Positions 52,272 through 64,000 of a stretch of DNA of 64,000 nucleotides are shown here, in pieces. The notes beneath the pieces were generated by a model. The model ran no database searches. It was not told the origin of the DNA and worked only from the letters and a program-made list of their open reading frames with translations. The stretch is from NCBI GenBank assembly GCA_051294375.1, contig CM119269.1, positions 22,803,808-22,867,807 on the forward strand. The letters run 5' to 3'. Origin of the DNA: Paraspadella gotoi. Taxonomy: Eukaryota; Animalia; Chaetognatha. The translations under genes were made by a program, and so were the position numbers. Numbering within the stretch: position 1 is the first letter of the stretch; every line of letters starts with the position of its first letter.

Positions 52272-52676
52272 GATTAATCTGGACTAAACAAACGGTTATA
52301 GTTTAAACAATTAGATTTTCTTTCTAACCAAAGAAAAAATTAAAATTTCAAAAAAGTTGAGAAAGTTAAAAAGAAAATAAAAAGTTATAAAAGACAAAAA
52401 GAATAAGAAATAAGAGGTAAAGATACCATAGATTAAAACTTTATTAGCAGAATTCGTGTTAATTAAAAATGTACTCGGTGAGAAAAAAATGGAGTTGATT
52501 CAACCGCAGAAAAACTTTGATGATTTATTTGACTTTTTAGGGATTAGGTTAGGGATTAGGTTAGGGATTAGGTTAGTGATTAAGGGTTATTTTGTGATTA
52601 GGGGACGCATTCGGAAAAGTGAGGCGAGGAAGGGGGTGTTTTCCCATGGCGACTTTAATTTTAAATATTTAAAATT

Positions 52677-52758
52677 GTGATAACGCTGATGAAGGCTTGA
52701 AATGAAGCCGAAAATGTCTGTTTTGCATTAAGATAAAATCGTTGTCAAAATTAAACTC
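52677..52758 (+). mobile_element. 82-bp HHR-only insertion with 14-bp flanking direct repeats
   Basis: HHR 52682-52722 (AACG-CUGAUGA-A-GGCUU gaaaug AAGCC-GAAA-AUGUC UGUU, lacking C15.2) plus 3' flank homologous to 16743-16781. AAATATTTAAAATT at 52663-52676 and 52759-52772. Confidence 0.7.
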
Positions 52759-55121
52759 AAATATTTAAAATTAAAATTAAACAAATATTCCTGATCCTAA
52801 TCCCAAACCTTGAGGAGGCAGCCGAGGAAGGGATGAAGCAATGGAAGAAGACTCAGGNNNNNNNNNNNNNNNNNNNNNNNNNNNNNNNNNNNNNNNNNNN
52901 NNNNNNNNNNNNNNNNNNNNNNNNNNNNNNNNNNNNNNNNNNNNNNNNNNNNNNNNNNNNNNNNNNNNNNNNNNNNNNNNNNNNNNNNNNNNNNNNNNNN
53001 NNNNNNNNNNNNNNNNNNNNNNNNNNNNNNNNNNNNNNNNNNNNNNNNNNNNNNNNNNNNNNNNNNNNNGATAGAGATAACTTTGATCAAAAATAAGCTT
53101 ATGTTTCATCGGAATCATTAATTTTGAATAATGTAAGTTTAATTCCCAAATTGTTTTTAAAAGAAGATTTCTAAAAGTTTAAAATTTTTCTTAGATTTAA
53201 ATCAGAAAAAAAGTTTAAGTCAAAAGATATGATTTTCTCTTNNNNNNNNNNNNNNNNNNNNNNNNNNNNNNNNNNNNNNNNNNNNNNNNNNNNNNNNNNN
53301 NNNNNNNNNNNNNNNNNNNNNNNNNNNNNNNNNNNNNNNNNNNNNNNNNNNNNNNNNNNNNNNNNNNNNNNNNNNNNNNNNNNNNNNNNNNNNNNNNNNN
53401 NNNNNNNNNNNNNNNNNNNNNNNNNNNNNNNNNNNNNNNNNNNNNNNNNNNNNNNNNNNNNNNNNNNNNNNNNNNNNNNNNNNNNNNNNNNNNNNNNNNN
53501 NNNNNNNNNNNNNNNNNNNNNNNNNNNNNNNNNNNNNNNNNNNNNNNNNNNNNNNNNNNNNNAGAGAGAGAGGCGTTTTTCAAAAGAAAATTTTCAATCA
53601 TCTTTTGGAAGGAGGAAAAATCGTTGATCGTGGATCTGAATAGAAATATTTTGCGGGATGAATAAAGTGATAAATGGATTTGAATAAAGTGATCAAGGGT
53701 TTTGAATAAAGTGATTGATTGAATGAAATTCGGTTGGATTATCACTTGACTTTTGAGTTTTTGTCTTCAAATAAAAGGATTGTGAGATTAAAATTGGATT
53801 ATAGTTGGTTTAAAAAAAAATAATAAACTTTGTTTTTCCGTTTGTTGTTGTTGTTGTTGTTATTGGCGTAGTTAGCCGTTCCTTTCTCTCTCTCTCACTC
53901 TCACTCTCTCTCTCTCTCTCACTTTTCTCCCCTATTTTTTCGACCTTTCCTCATTTTTAGTTACGCCGCGAGCACTCGGGAAGCAACTCTTTAAATCACT
54001 TTTCGGTTGGTCTGTCGGTCTGTCGGTCTGTCGGTCTGTCGGTCGGTCTGTCCTACTTACGTCAAAAATGCTCATAACTCGGTCATAGTTAGTTGCTCAT
54101 TAGTTAAGAAGGGAAAAATATTCAATTCCCATGCAGTGCATGTCATTAATACAAATAAAATATAAAGACGTTAGTTATATATAATTTTCCTAGTCATGTA
54201 GTCATGTGATCACNNNNNNNNNNNNNNNNNNNNNNNNNNNNNNNNNNNNNNNNNNNNNNNNNNNNNNNNNNNNNNNNNNNNNNNNNNNNNNNNNNNNNNN
54301 NNNNNNNNNNNNNACTATAAACATGTATCAATTGAAAAAGTATAGGCTAAATGATCTCTCTCTCTTTTTCTTTCTCTCCCACTAATACTGCAAATTTAAA
54401 ACTATGTATATTTAATTAGTCCACTTTGTAATTTTTTGTTAATTTATTAACATTTCTTTAAAATGTGTACATACATGTATATGTACGGCTCATAACTGTT
54501 AACATTGTTACTGTGTTTAAGCATTCACATTTTGAGCATAATAAATCAAATCAATCAAATCTCTCTTTTTTCCCCACTCTCTCCACATTCACACTTTGAG
54601 CATAATAAAATCAAATCAAATCAAAATCCCGCCTCTCCTCTCTCTGTTTCTTCCCCTCTCTCCCTCTCTCCTCCTCCCCTCTCCCTCTTTCTCTCTCTCA
54701 CCTTTCTCCCCTCTCCCATCTCCCTCTCTTCTCTCCCTCTCTCACTTTCTCCCCCTCTCCCACCCCCCTCCTCTCTCACTATCTCTCCCCCTCTCTCTCT
54801 CTCTCTCTCTCACTCCTCTCTCTGTGATGACGAAGGTAAAAGATAAACGCGTCTGACTCTCAACTTCGTTTTCTTTTTTTTCGCTCGAAGTGAAAAAAAC
54901 ACGATCATTTTCCGCCACATTTTCTCGCAGTTTCAGTGTCTCTCTCTCTCTCCTCTCTTCTTTTCCTCTCCCCCCCTCCGTCTCCTTCTCTCTCTCTCTC
55001 TTCCTTCTCCTTAATATATCAACTAACCCTTTCTCCCTTTCTCTCCTCTATTTCCTCCCTCCCTCTCTCCCTGTCTCCCCCCACCCCTCTCTCTCTCCTC
55101 TCAACTAATCCCTCCTTTCTC

Positions 55122-55173
<52 letters not shown>

Positions 55174-55654
55174 CTCTCTCTCTCTCTCTCTCTCATGTTT
55201 TTCTCCATTTCAAAAATGGCCACTATCGACTCTCAGCAGCCTTTCCTCTCAGATGGTTGGGCTCTTTTTGCGATTGCATCTTTTGGTGTCGTCTTTTTGC
55301 ACAGCAATTACAGTGGTCCACTCGCCAATAATCCTGGTCAGTGCGTCAAGAGTTCACTCGCCATAATTTGCGGTTCAGTGCAGGATTCGTGAATTAGTTA
55401 GTGACTGTTTTGAGTTCACGTGGTCCTCCTTGCAGAAAGGGAAACGGACTATTTTTTTTCAACAAGAACAAGAACCAAGAACAAGAACAAGAAACAACTA
55501 CAACAATAAAACAACAGTTTTCCCTTTTCTTCTTTTTTTCTTTTTTTTACATTTATTTTTTTAACCGATGTTTCTCGCGCTCTTCTCTCTCTCTCTCTCT
55601 CTCCTCTTCTTCCCTTCTCCTCTCTCTCTCCTCCTCTCTCTCTCTCTCTCTTCT

Positions 55655-55692
<38 letters not shown>

Positions 55693-56044
55693 GCCTCTCT
55701 CTCTTTTTTTTTTTCTTCACAACAACACAACAACTAAAAAACAACAACTTTTTTTTATCTTTCGTCCTTGGAAAATCTCCAAACTCATAATTCGCTTCCT
55801 TTTGGGCCGAGAACCATTTCAACCGGGATCTCTTGTCCTCTCTCTCTCTCCTCCTTCTCTCTCTTCTCTCTCTCTCTCTTCTCTTCTCTCTCCGTCTCTT
55901 TCTCTTCTCTCCCTCCTCTCTTTCATCTTTTTTTGCTCTCTCAATGACAAACAAAGGATTAGAAAAGAAAAACCAAATATTATGACGCTGAATGAGAGAG
56001 GGAGAACAAGAAGAGGAAAGAGATAAAGAGAGAGAGAGGAGAGA

Positions 56045-56083
<39 letters not shown>

Positions 56084-56264
56084 AAAGAGAGAGAGAGATA
56101 AAAAAAGAGAGACAAACAAAAAAAAATGTTTTTAAATTTTTTTCAAGTTTTAGTCACGTTTTTTTTTTTGCTGACGTTCATCAAAAGTTTGGATAAAATG
56201 TTTTTTTTTCAGAATTAGAAAGAAATTTGATTAAAAAAATCTCGACCTCAAAATTCACTGTTAC

Positions 56265-56392
56265 ATTTCGATTTCATTCGATTCCATTTTAGTTCCATTT
56301 CGATTTCCATCGATTTCATTTTAGTTTCATTTCGATTCCATTCGATTTCATTTTAGTTTCATTTCGATTCTATTTCGATTCCATTTCGATTT
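56265..56392. repeat. (ATTTC/GATTC)-type simple satellite
   Basis: Directly visible. Confidence 0.8.
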
Positions 56393-57105
56393 CTGGCTGA
56401 GAAACTCATTCCCCATTTATTTCTAATAATTAACTTAACTATAATTTCACAAAAAGTTGCCCATCGTCACCGTGAGATAAAAAAACTGTAAAAAACCTGT
56501 GGAACTTGGGTGAAACATGTTAACCGAAGAAAAAAATCGTGAATCGAAATAATTCACGTGAATTGAGATCAAAGAGTCGAGAGTCGGACAAGGAGAGAGA
56601 TTTGTGTGAGCGTNNNNNNNNNNNNNNNNNNNNNNNNNNNNNNNNNNNNNNNNNNNNNNNNNNNNNNNNNNNNNNNNNNNNNNNNNNNNNNNNNNNNNNN
56701 NNNNNNNNNNNNNNNNNNNNNNNNNNNNNNNNNNNNNNNNNNNNNNNNNNNNNNNNNNNNNNNNNNNNNNNNNNNNNNNNNNNNNNNNNNNNNNNNNNNN
56801 NNNNNNNNNNNNNNNNNNNNNNNNNNNNNNNNNNNNNNNNNNNNNNNNNNNNNNNNNNNNNNNNNNNNNNNNNNNNNNNNNNNNNNNNNNNNNNNNNNNN
56901 NNNNNNNNNNNNNNNNNNNNNNNNNNNNNNNNNNCGTTTGCCGCCACTAGAAAAGCCACATTTGCCAGTCATCTGCCATCTACTATCTGCCATCGACACG
57001 GCGATCCGCTTGATGATTCGTGGATTTTTATTGAGCGCTCCTCACTGCATAAATAAAGAGCTGCGATCTTGAGGACTTGGAGATGCCTCGTCTGCTTCTT
57101 CCTCT

Positions 57106-57151
<46 letters not shown>

Positions 57152-58249
57152 TCTCCACAGTCATTGGTGTCCCAGAGTTCACTTATCTTTCCTTCCTTAT
57201 TCCTCTTTCTTCCACAGTACAATGAAAAAATTCTCCGGCGCTAGGCCCACTCTGTAATTATCCCATTCGCGAATGGCCGTAGCGTACTTCTCTCTCTCTC
57301 TCGGTCTCTCTCTCTCCTCTCTCTCGTCTCTCTACTCTCTCTCGTCTCTCTCTCTCTCTTTCTCTCTGTCCCATCCTTCTTCCTTCTATATTCACCTCCG
57401 GTGGGAATTAAAGAATCCTGCCTCTTTCAGGCGGCGGAGGAAGAGAGAGAGAGAGAGGGGAGGAGAGAGAGGGAGAGAGAGAGAGGAAGAGAGAGAGGGG
57501 AGGAGAGAGAGAGAGGGGAGGAGAGAGAGAGAGAGGAGGAGACAGAAGAACAGGATCGGTTCATCCAATGTGTTGCGCCGCAGTTACTTCATTCTCAAGT
57601 GTATTTCTCTTTGTTCACATGATATGACATGACATGACATGACATGACTAAAAAGGTGAGAAGAGAGAGGGAGAGTGGGTAGGGTAAGAAAAGAGAAGAG
57701 AGGAAGAGACAATGAGAGTCAGAGTATAGGCAGTAGTGTAGTCAAAAAGAGCTGTGATAAAAGGTAAGGTGTGATGAAGTTATGATAAAGAGTAAGGGCT
57801 GATATTCACCCACACTTGACTTGGCGATACCTCACCCTATATACTGCATAATAAATTAAAGTAATGAAAGAGTAATAAATAGATTAAGGTCCTGGAACTC
57901 AAAATTAGTAGAGGCATAACGATGCTTGATTGGGTGACTGGGTTAGGGCTTGAGTCGATTCCAGATGGCTAAAAGCATAGCTAAGGGCAATGATGAAGCT
58001 GGATAGCTATGGCCAAGGGCGAGCGGGATAGTTGAGGGCAAGGTTGCCAGAGGCAGCGGGTGAGTAAAGAGCAAGGGAAGGTGTCGGAGATTTGGGGAAT
58101 GAAGCTAGGGGGAAGTTAAGGGCAAGGGGAAGCGAGATAATTATGGGCAAGGGGGAAGCAATTTAGCAAAGAGCAAAGGAATTAAGGGAATTGAGGGGTA
58201 GTTAAAAGCAAGGGCATGTGTCGGAGGTAACGAAGGGCAAGCGGATTGA

Positions 58250-58380
58250 CCCAGGGGAGTGTGGGGAGCTTAGGGCATGGGAGCTAAGAGCAAAGAGGAG
58301 TGTGGGGAGCTCAGGGCATGGGAGATAAGAGCAAAGGGTAGTGTTTGGAGCTTAGGACATGGGAGCAAAGAGCAAAGGGG
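58250..58380. repeat. 38-bp tandem repeat (GGAGTGTGGGGAGCTTAGGGCATGGGAGCTAAGAGCAA)
   Basis: Also at 60590-60850 in both orientations. Confidence 0.75.
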
Positions 58381-59229
58381 NNNNNNNNNNNNNNNNNNNN
58401 NNNNNCCAAACCACAAGAGAGATTGGGGTATTTGTTAATACTATTACACCATATCACATATACCTTACTCTCCATCTAGTTCTATATCATCATTCAAAAT
58501 TTTTCCAAGCGAACTTGAAATTCTTCTCCCTCTACTCTCCCGATCCCCTCTTTGCTCTGTCCTCTCTCTTTCACAATATGCCTCCCTCGTCTCGCCACTC
58601 TCTCTCCCTCTTTTCCTCTTAGTCTCCTCCCTTCTCTCTCCCATTACTTCTCTTCAAGTCTCCCACTTCTTCCATCTTTTTTCCGAAACTCTTAGTCTCT
58701 CCCTATCTCTCCATCTCCTCTCTTCGTCTCAGCCACTCTATCTCCCTCTTTTTTCACCCATTTTCTCTCTCCCTCTTCTCTGTCCAGTTCCTACTGCTTC
58801 GTCTCCCACTCTCTCCTCTCCCTCATCTTTCCCCTCTTTCTCTCTCCTCTCTCTCCCCATTCCTCTCTTCGTCTCCCACTCCCCTCTCCTCTTTTCTCTT
58901 CTTCCCTCACTTTCCCTCGTAAACCTAAAGAAGACAAGATTAAAAATCATGAAAGTTGAGATAAAGATTCATCTCCTGCGCCACTTGCCTCCTCTTCCTC
59001 TTCTTCCTCCTCCTCCTCTTCCTCCCACTTCTGCCTCCGCCTTAAAGCTCTCTTCTCGTTCTCTCATCCTGTGGCTCCCTCTCTCTGCTCTCTTTTTCCT
59101 ATACATTCTCTCTCTCTCAAAATTTGTGTGTCCATCTCTATCTAAAGAACAGGAGAGATGAGTGCTTTAGAAAATCTTATCATCTCTTCTTATGTGATTT
59201 TTTTGTTATCCACTCCTCTATATATATAG

Positions 59230-60345
59230 ATATACTTAATCCCCATCTCTAATTAAGGCCTCAAAATCTTATCCTTCTCTATTTAAGGCCTCAAATCGTT
59301 ATCCCTCTCTGAGTCTTAGGGCTCAAATCTTATCCATCTCTTATCTTAGCCAAATCTTATCATCTCTATCTTGGCTCACAAAATCTTATCCACTCTATCT
59401 TAGGTAAAAATGCTTATCCAATCATCTATCTTAGGCTAAAAAATCTTATCCATCTCTATCTTAGGGCTAAAATCTTATCCTTCCTCTATCTTAGGGCTCA
59501 AAATCTTTATCCATCTCTAATCTTAGGACGTCAAAATCTTTATCCATCTCTATCTTGGTCTGCAAGAATCTTATCCATCTCTATCTTAGGCTCAAAATCT
59601 ATCCTCTCTTATCTTAGGCTAAAAATCTATCCATCTCTAATCTTAGGCTCAAAATCTTATCCATCTCTATCTCAGGCTCAAATTCTTAATCCATCCTCTA
59701 TCTTGGCTCAAAATCTTATCATCTCTATCTTAGGCACAAAATCTTATCCAATCTCTATCTTAGGCTCAAATCTTATGGCATCTCTATCTTAGGCTCAAAA
59801 TCTTATCCATCTCTATTTAAGGCTCCAAATCTTATCCATCACTCTATCTTAGGCTCAAAATCCTTAATCCACTCTATCTTCAGGCTCATAAATCTATCCA
59901 TTCTATCTTTGATTTAAGGCTCAAATCTTATCATCTCTATTCTAGCTAAACATTTCTTATCCATCTCTTATCTTAGGCTAAAAATGCTTATTCCATCTCT
60001 ATCTTAGGCTAACAAAATCTTATCCATCTTCTATTTAGGCTCAAAAATCTTATCCATCTCTATCGTTAGGCTCAAAATCTTATCCATCTCTATCTTAGGC
60101 TTAAAATCTTATCACATCCTAATCTTAGGCTAAAGTAATTCTTATCCATCTCTAATCTTTAGCTTCAAATCTTATCCATCTCTAATCTTAGGCTCAAAAT
60201 CTTATCCATCTCTATCTTAGGTCCAAAATCTTATCCTATCTTCTGATCTTAGAGCCTCAAAATCTTATCCATCTCTATCTTAGCTCAAATCTTATCCTCT
60301 CTATCTTAAGGTCAAAATCTTATCCATCTTATCTGAGTGCCTAAA
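59230..60345. repeat. ~29-bp satellite AAAATCTTATCCATCTCTATCTTAGGCTC
   Basis: More than 30 noisy copies; the reverse-complement array flanks the gap at 61105-61720. Confidence 0.92.
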
Positions 60346-62719
60346 ATCACCCAAAGAATTATTTTTTTATTGTTTTTTTTTAGAATCCTGAAAAATTTTG
60401 AAATCGTTTAATTAACCTTGATGAGTTTCCTCTTTTTCTTCCTCCTCTTCTTTTCTGCCTACTCTTCCTCTGCTCTCTCTCCCTCTCCCTCCTCTCTCTC
60501 TCTCTTTTCTCACAATCAAACTCAAAAAATATTTTCTTATTTCTGCTCAAAAGACAAAAAAAATTACCAAAAACTTTGTTTTTTCAGCTTCTTTTGCTCT
60601 TAGCTCCCCTAGCTTTAATCTCCCCACACTCCGCCTTTTGCTCTTAGCTCCCATGCCCTAATTCTGCCCACACTCACCCTTTTGCTCTTAACTCCCCTAT
60701 CCGTAAGCTCCCACACTCCCCTTGGTTTGAGCCTCCCTGCCTATAATCCCCCACAATGTTAAGAGCAAAGGGGAGTGTGGGGAGATTAGGGCATGGGAGC
60801 TAAGAGCAAAAGGGGAGTGTGGGGAGATTAAAGCAGGGGAGCTAAGAGCAAAAAAGAAGCTGAAAAACAAGTTTTGGTAATTTTTTTTGTCTTTTGAGCA
60901 GAAATAAGAAAATTATTTTTTGAGTTTGATTGTGAGAAAGAGGGAGAGAGAGAGGAGGGAGAGGGAGAGAGAGGCAGAGGAAGAGTAGGAGGAAAGAGGA
61001 AGAGGAGGAAGAGAAAAGAGGAAACTCATCAAGTTTAATTAACGATTTCAAAATTTTTTCAGGATTCTAAAAAAAAACAATAAAAAAATAATTCTTTGGG
61101 TGATTTTTAGCCTCAGATAGAGATGGATAAGATTTTGNNNNNNNNNNNNNNNNNNNNNNNNNNNNNNNNNNNNNNNNNNNNNNNNNNNNNNNNNNNNNNN
61201 NNNNNNNNNNNNNNNNNNNNNNNNNNNNNNNNNNNNNNNNNNNNNNNNNNNNNNNNNNNNNNNNNNNNNNNNNNNNNNNNNNNNNNNNNNNNNNNNNNNN
61301 NNNNNNNNNNNNNNNNNNNNNNNNNNNNNNNNNNNNNNNNNNNNNNNNNNNNNNNNNNNNNNNNNNNNNNNNNNNNNNNNNNNNNNNNNNNNNNNNNNNN
61401 NNNNNNNNNNNNNNNNNNNNNNNNNNNNNNNNNNNNNNNNNNNNNNNNNNNNNNNNNNNNNNNNNNNNNNNNNNNNNNNNNNNNNNNNNNNNNNNNNNNN
61501 NNNNNNNNNNNNNNNNNNNNNNNNNNNNNNNNNNNNNNNNNNNNNNNNNNNNNNNNNNNNNNNNNNNNNNNNNNNNNNNNNNNNNNNNNNNNNNNNNNNN
61601 NNNNNNNNNNNNNNNNNNNNNNNNNNNNNNNNNNNNNNNNNNNNNNNNNNNNNNNNNNNNNNNNNNNNNNNNNAGATTTTGAGCCTACGATAGAGATGGA
61701 TAAGATTTTGAGCTTAAGATAGAGATAGAAATGGAGATGGAGATTTTCGTACTTACTTCATTGAATGTAGATAGAGAGAGAGGGACAGAGAGAGAGAATG
61801 TTAGGGAAAAAGAGAGGGAGAGGGAGCCACAGGATGAGAGAACGAGAGAGAGGCTTAAGCGGAGGGAGAAGGGGAGGAAGAGGAGGAGGAGGAGGAAGAG
61901 GAAGAGGAGGAAGTGGCGCATGAATGAATCTTTACTCAAATTTCATTGATTTTTAATCTTTTCTTCTTTAGTTTACGAGGAAGGGAGAGAAAGAGGGGAA
62001 AAGAGGGAGAGGGAGTGGGAGACGAAGAGAGGGATGGGAGAGAGAGGGAGAGAGAAAGAGGGGAAAAGAGAGGGAGAGAGAGTGGGAGACGAAGAGAGGA
62101 ATGGAAGAGAGAGGGAGAGAGAAAGAGGGAAAAAGAGGGAGAGAGAGTGGGAGACGAAGAGAGGAATGGGAGAGAGAGGGAGAGACTAAGAGGGAAAAAG
62201 AGGGAGAGAGAGTGGGAGACGAAGGGAGGATATGTGAGAGAGAGGGAGAGAGAAAGAGAGGGATGGGAGAGAGAGGGAGAAGAATTTCAAGTTGCTGTGG
62301 AAAAGTTTTGAAAAGAAAACAATGTTGAAGAAGGAAAATAATATTTAACAATACCCAGGTGTTTAGAAGCAAGGCCAATATTTTTTTTGACTTGGCCAAT
62401 ATTTGCATTTTTTTTTATCGCAAATCGTATAATTACAATATTTTGTTAAAGTGATTATTAAATTTTGACTGAAGAGTAGAAGGAAACTTTCAAAATTTAA
62501 TTAAATCTTTCTTTCCCTCCCCCTTTCCTCTCTCTCTCCCTCTCTGTCTCTCTCTCTTCCTCTATGTCGCTCTCTGTCTCTCTCTGTCTCTCTCTCTCTC
62601 TCTCTGTCTCTCACTCTATGTCTCTCGCTCTCTGTCTCTCGCTCTCTGTCTCTCTCACTCCAGAATCCTCACCTTAATCATCGGCGAAGCGGATTTCAAT
62701 TTTAATTCGGGTAAGTTTT

Positions 62720-62784
<65 letters not shown>

Positions 62785-63282
62785 CAGTGTTTGTTTTACA
62801 GGTTTGTTTAGTTGCCTTCGCTAGAAGCTTTTGTTTCGCTGGAATGAGTTGCCTCGTTTTTTTTTAACGAGTGTTTCTTTATGGTTTTTTTCCCTGTTTT
62901 TTTGTTTTGTTTCGTTTTTTTTTCGTTTTATTTAATGTTTCATAGAGACAAATAACTTTTTTTTCAACATTTTTTAACATAGACATAATTAAAAATTAAT
63001 TAATCTTATAAGAATACTAATATAAATCATTGACGTAACATAATTTATTTATTTATTTAAAATTGAAAAAAAAACATTACGGGAAAAAGTGATAATTCAC
63101 TAGTGATTCTATGGAAAAACGTGAGCAACGATAGACTCTTGAAATTGTGAATAAAGAAAAAAAAAGAAAAAAGAAAAAAGTGAAGATTTTTTGAATTGAA
63201 GATGATTTAAGTTTTTATTAATTTTATTCAAATTCTGTTCTCATCGCGAATACGAAAAGAAGTGGCTCATCTTGTCAAGAGG

Positions 63283-63338
<56 letters not shown>

Positions 63339-63461
63339 GAAGAGAGAGAGAGGAATTTTGTCGTTTTTTCCCGCGGAGCGAGAATTCTCTGGCGACGTAA
63401 AAAGTTATCCTTGACAAATTGGAAGAGAGAGAGAAGAGATAGAGAGAAAGAGAGAGAGAGA

Positions 63462-63502
<41 letters not shown>

Positions 63503-63794
63503 GATAGTTTAAGGAAAGAAAAACGATAGAACTGAGAAAGGAAAGAGTGAGACAGAGAGAGAGACATAGGCCTCTCTCACCTCCCCTCGCTTCTCACTAA
63601 ACTCCGCCCAGCAGCGATAAAGTCAAACGAACTCGGTGGCGGCGGAAGCGAAAATCAGAAGCGGAAAAGGAAGCAGAAGCGGAAAAGGGAAGCGGTAAAA
63701 AGCAGAAGGGTAAACAATGGATGAAGTCGCTCAATGGTATAATAAGTAGTCGAGCATCGCAATATGTTCACCATACTTATAAACATGAAACCTT

Positions 63795-64000
63795 CCGTCG
63801 TGACCCAGTGGCTCATTGAGTAATATCGTCAGCTCATGACGATTAGGTACCAGGATCTATCCCTAATAGTACCTACCCTGCGGCAAGCGTGAGAATGGCC
63901 TTAATCCATTTTGGTTGTGAGGCAAACCCTTAAGTCCGGTTCTAAGCCCTGGACTTGTTCCACGTCTGCTGAGGGGGCACACAAGTAAGTCTTCGGCCCA
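63795..64000 (+). mobile_element. Putative tRNA-derived SINE with a structured body
   Basis: A-box-like TGACCCAGTGG, stem ATCGTCA/TGACGAT, B-box-like GGATCTATCCC, followed by several hairpins. Confidence 0.45.

Noticed and set aside
55216-55440. Short GC-balanced ORF (MATIDSQQPF...)
   Set aside because: No recognisable motif or splice sites.
56485-56525. GAAACATGTT preceded by a weak stem
   Set aside because: No CUGANGA core.
59230-60345. Regular ~29-bp repeats as a CRISPR array
   Set aside because: Head-to-tail with no unique spacers; eukaryotic context.

Overview
AT-rich, microsatellite-rich eukaryotic (probably invertebrate) scaffold. It has many 25-N gaps and indel-rich patches that look like long-read gap fills. 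Two intron-containing genes are supported: the first coding exon of an ABCC10/MRP7-type transporter (minus strand, running off the left edge) and a 6-exon plus-strand gene at 20.5-26.2 kb fusing a LicD/FKRP-type domain to an HtrL/YibB-like domain. The main non-coding signal is a set of minimal type I hammerhead ribozyme (HHR) motifs of the Penelope-like element (PLE) class. One lies downstream of a PLE GIY-YIG remnant. Three more loci are short 82-240 bp units bounded by their own direct repeats (candidate target-site duplications, TSDs), one of them a palindrome with an HHR on each strand. Also present: a TTAA-inserting Kolobok-like non-autonomous transposon with filled and empty sites, a Helentron/HINE-like element carrying a tRNA-like insert, a CCA-ended tRNA-Leu 3' half between direct repeats, and satellites. 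Some large duplications are probably assembly artefacts. Most ORFs in the supplied track are spurious repeat translations. All family calls come from motif recognition by eye; no searches were run.
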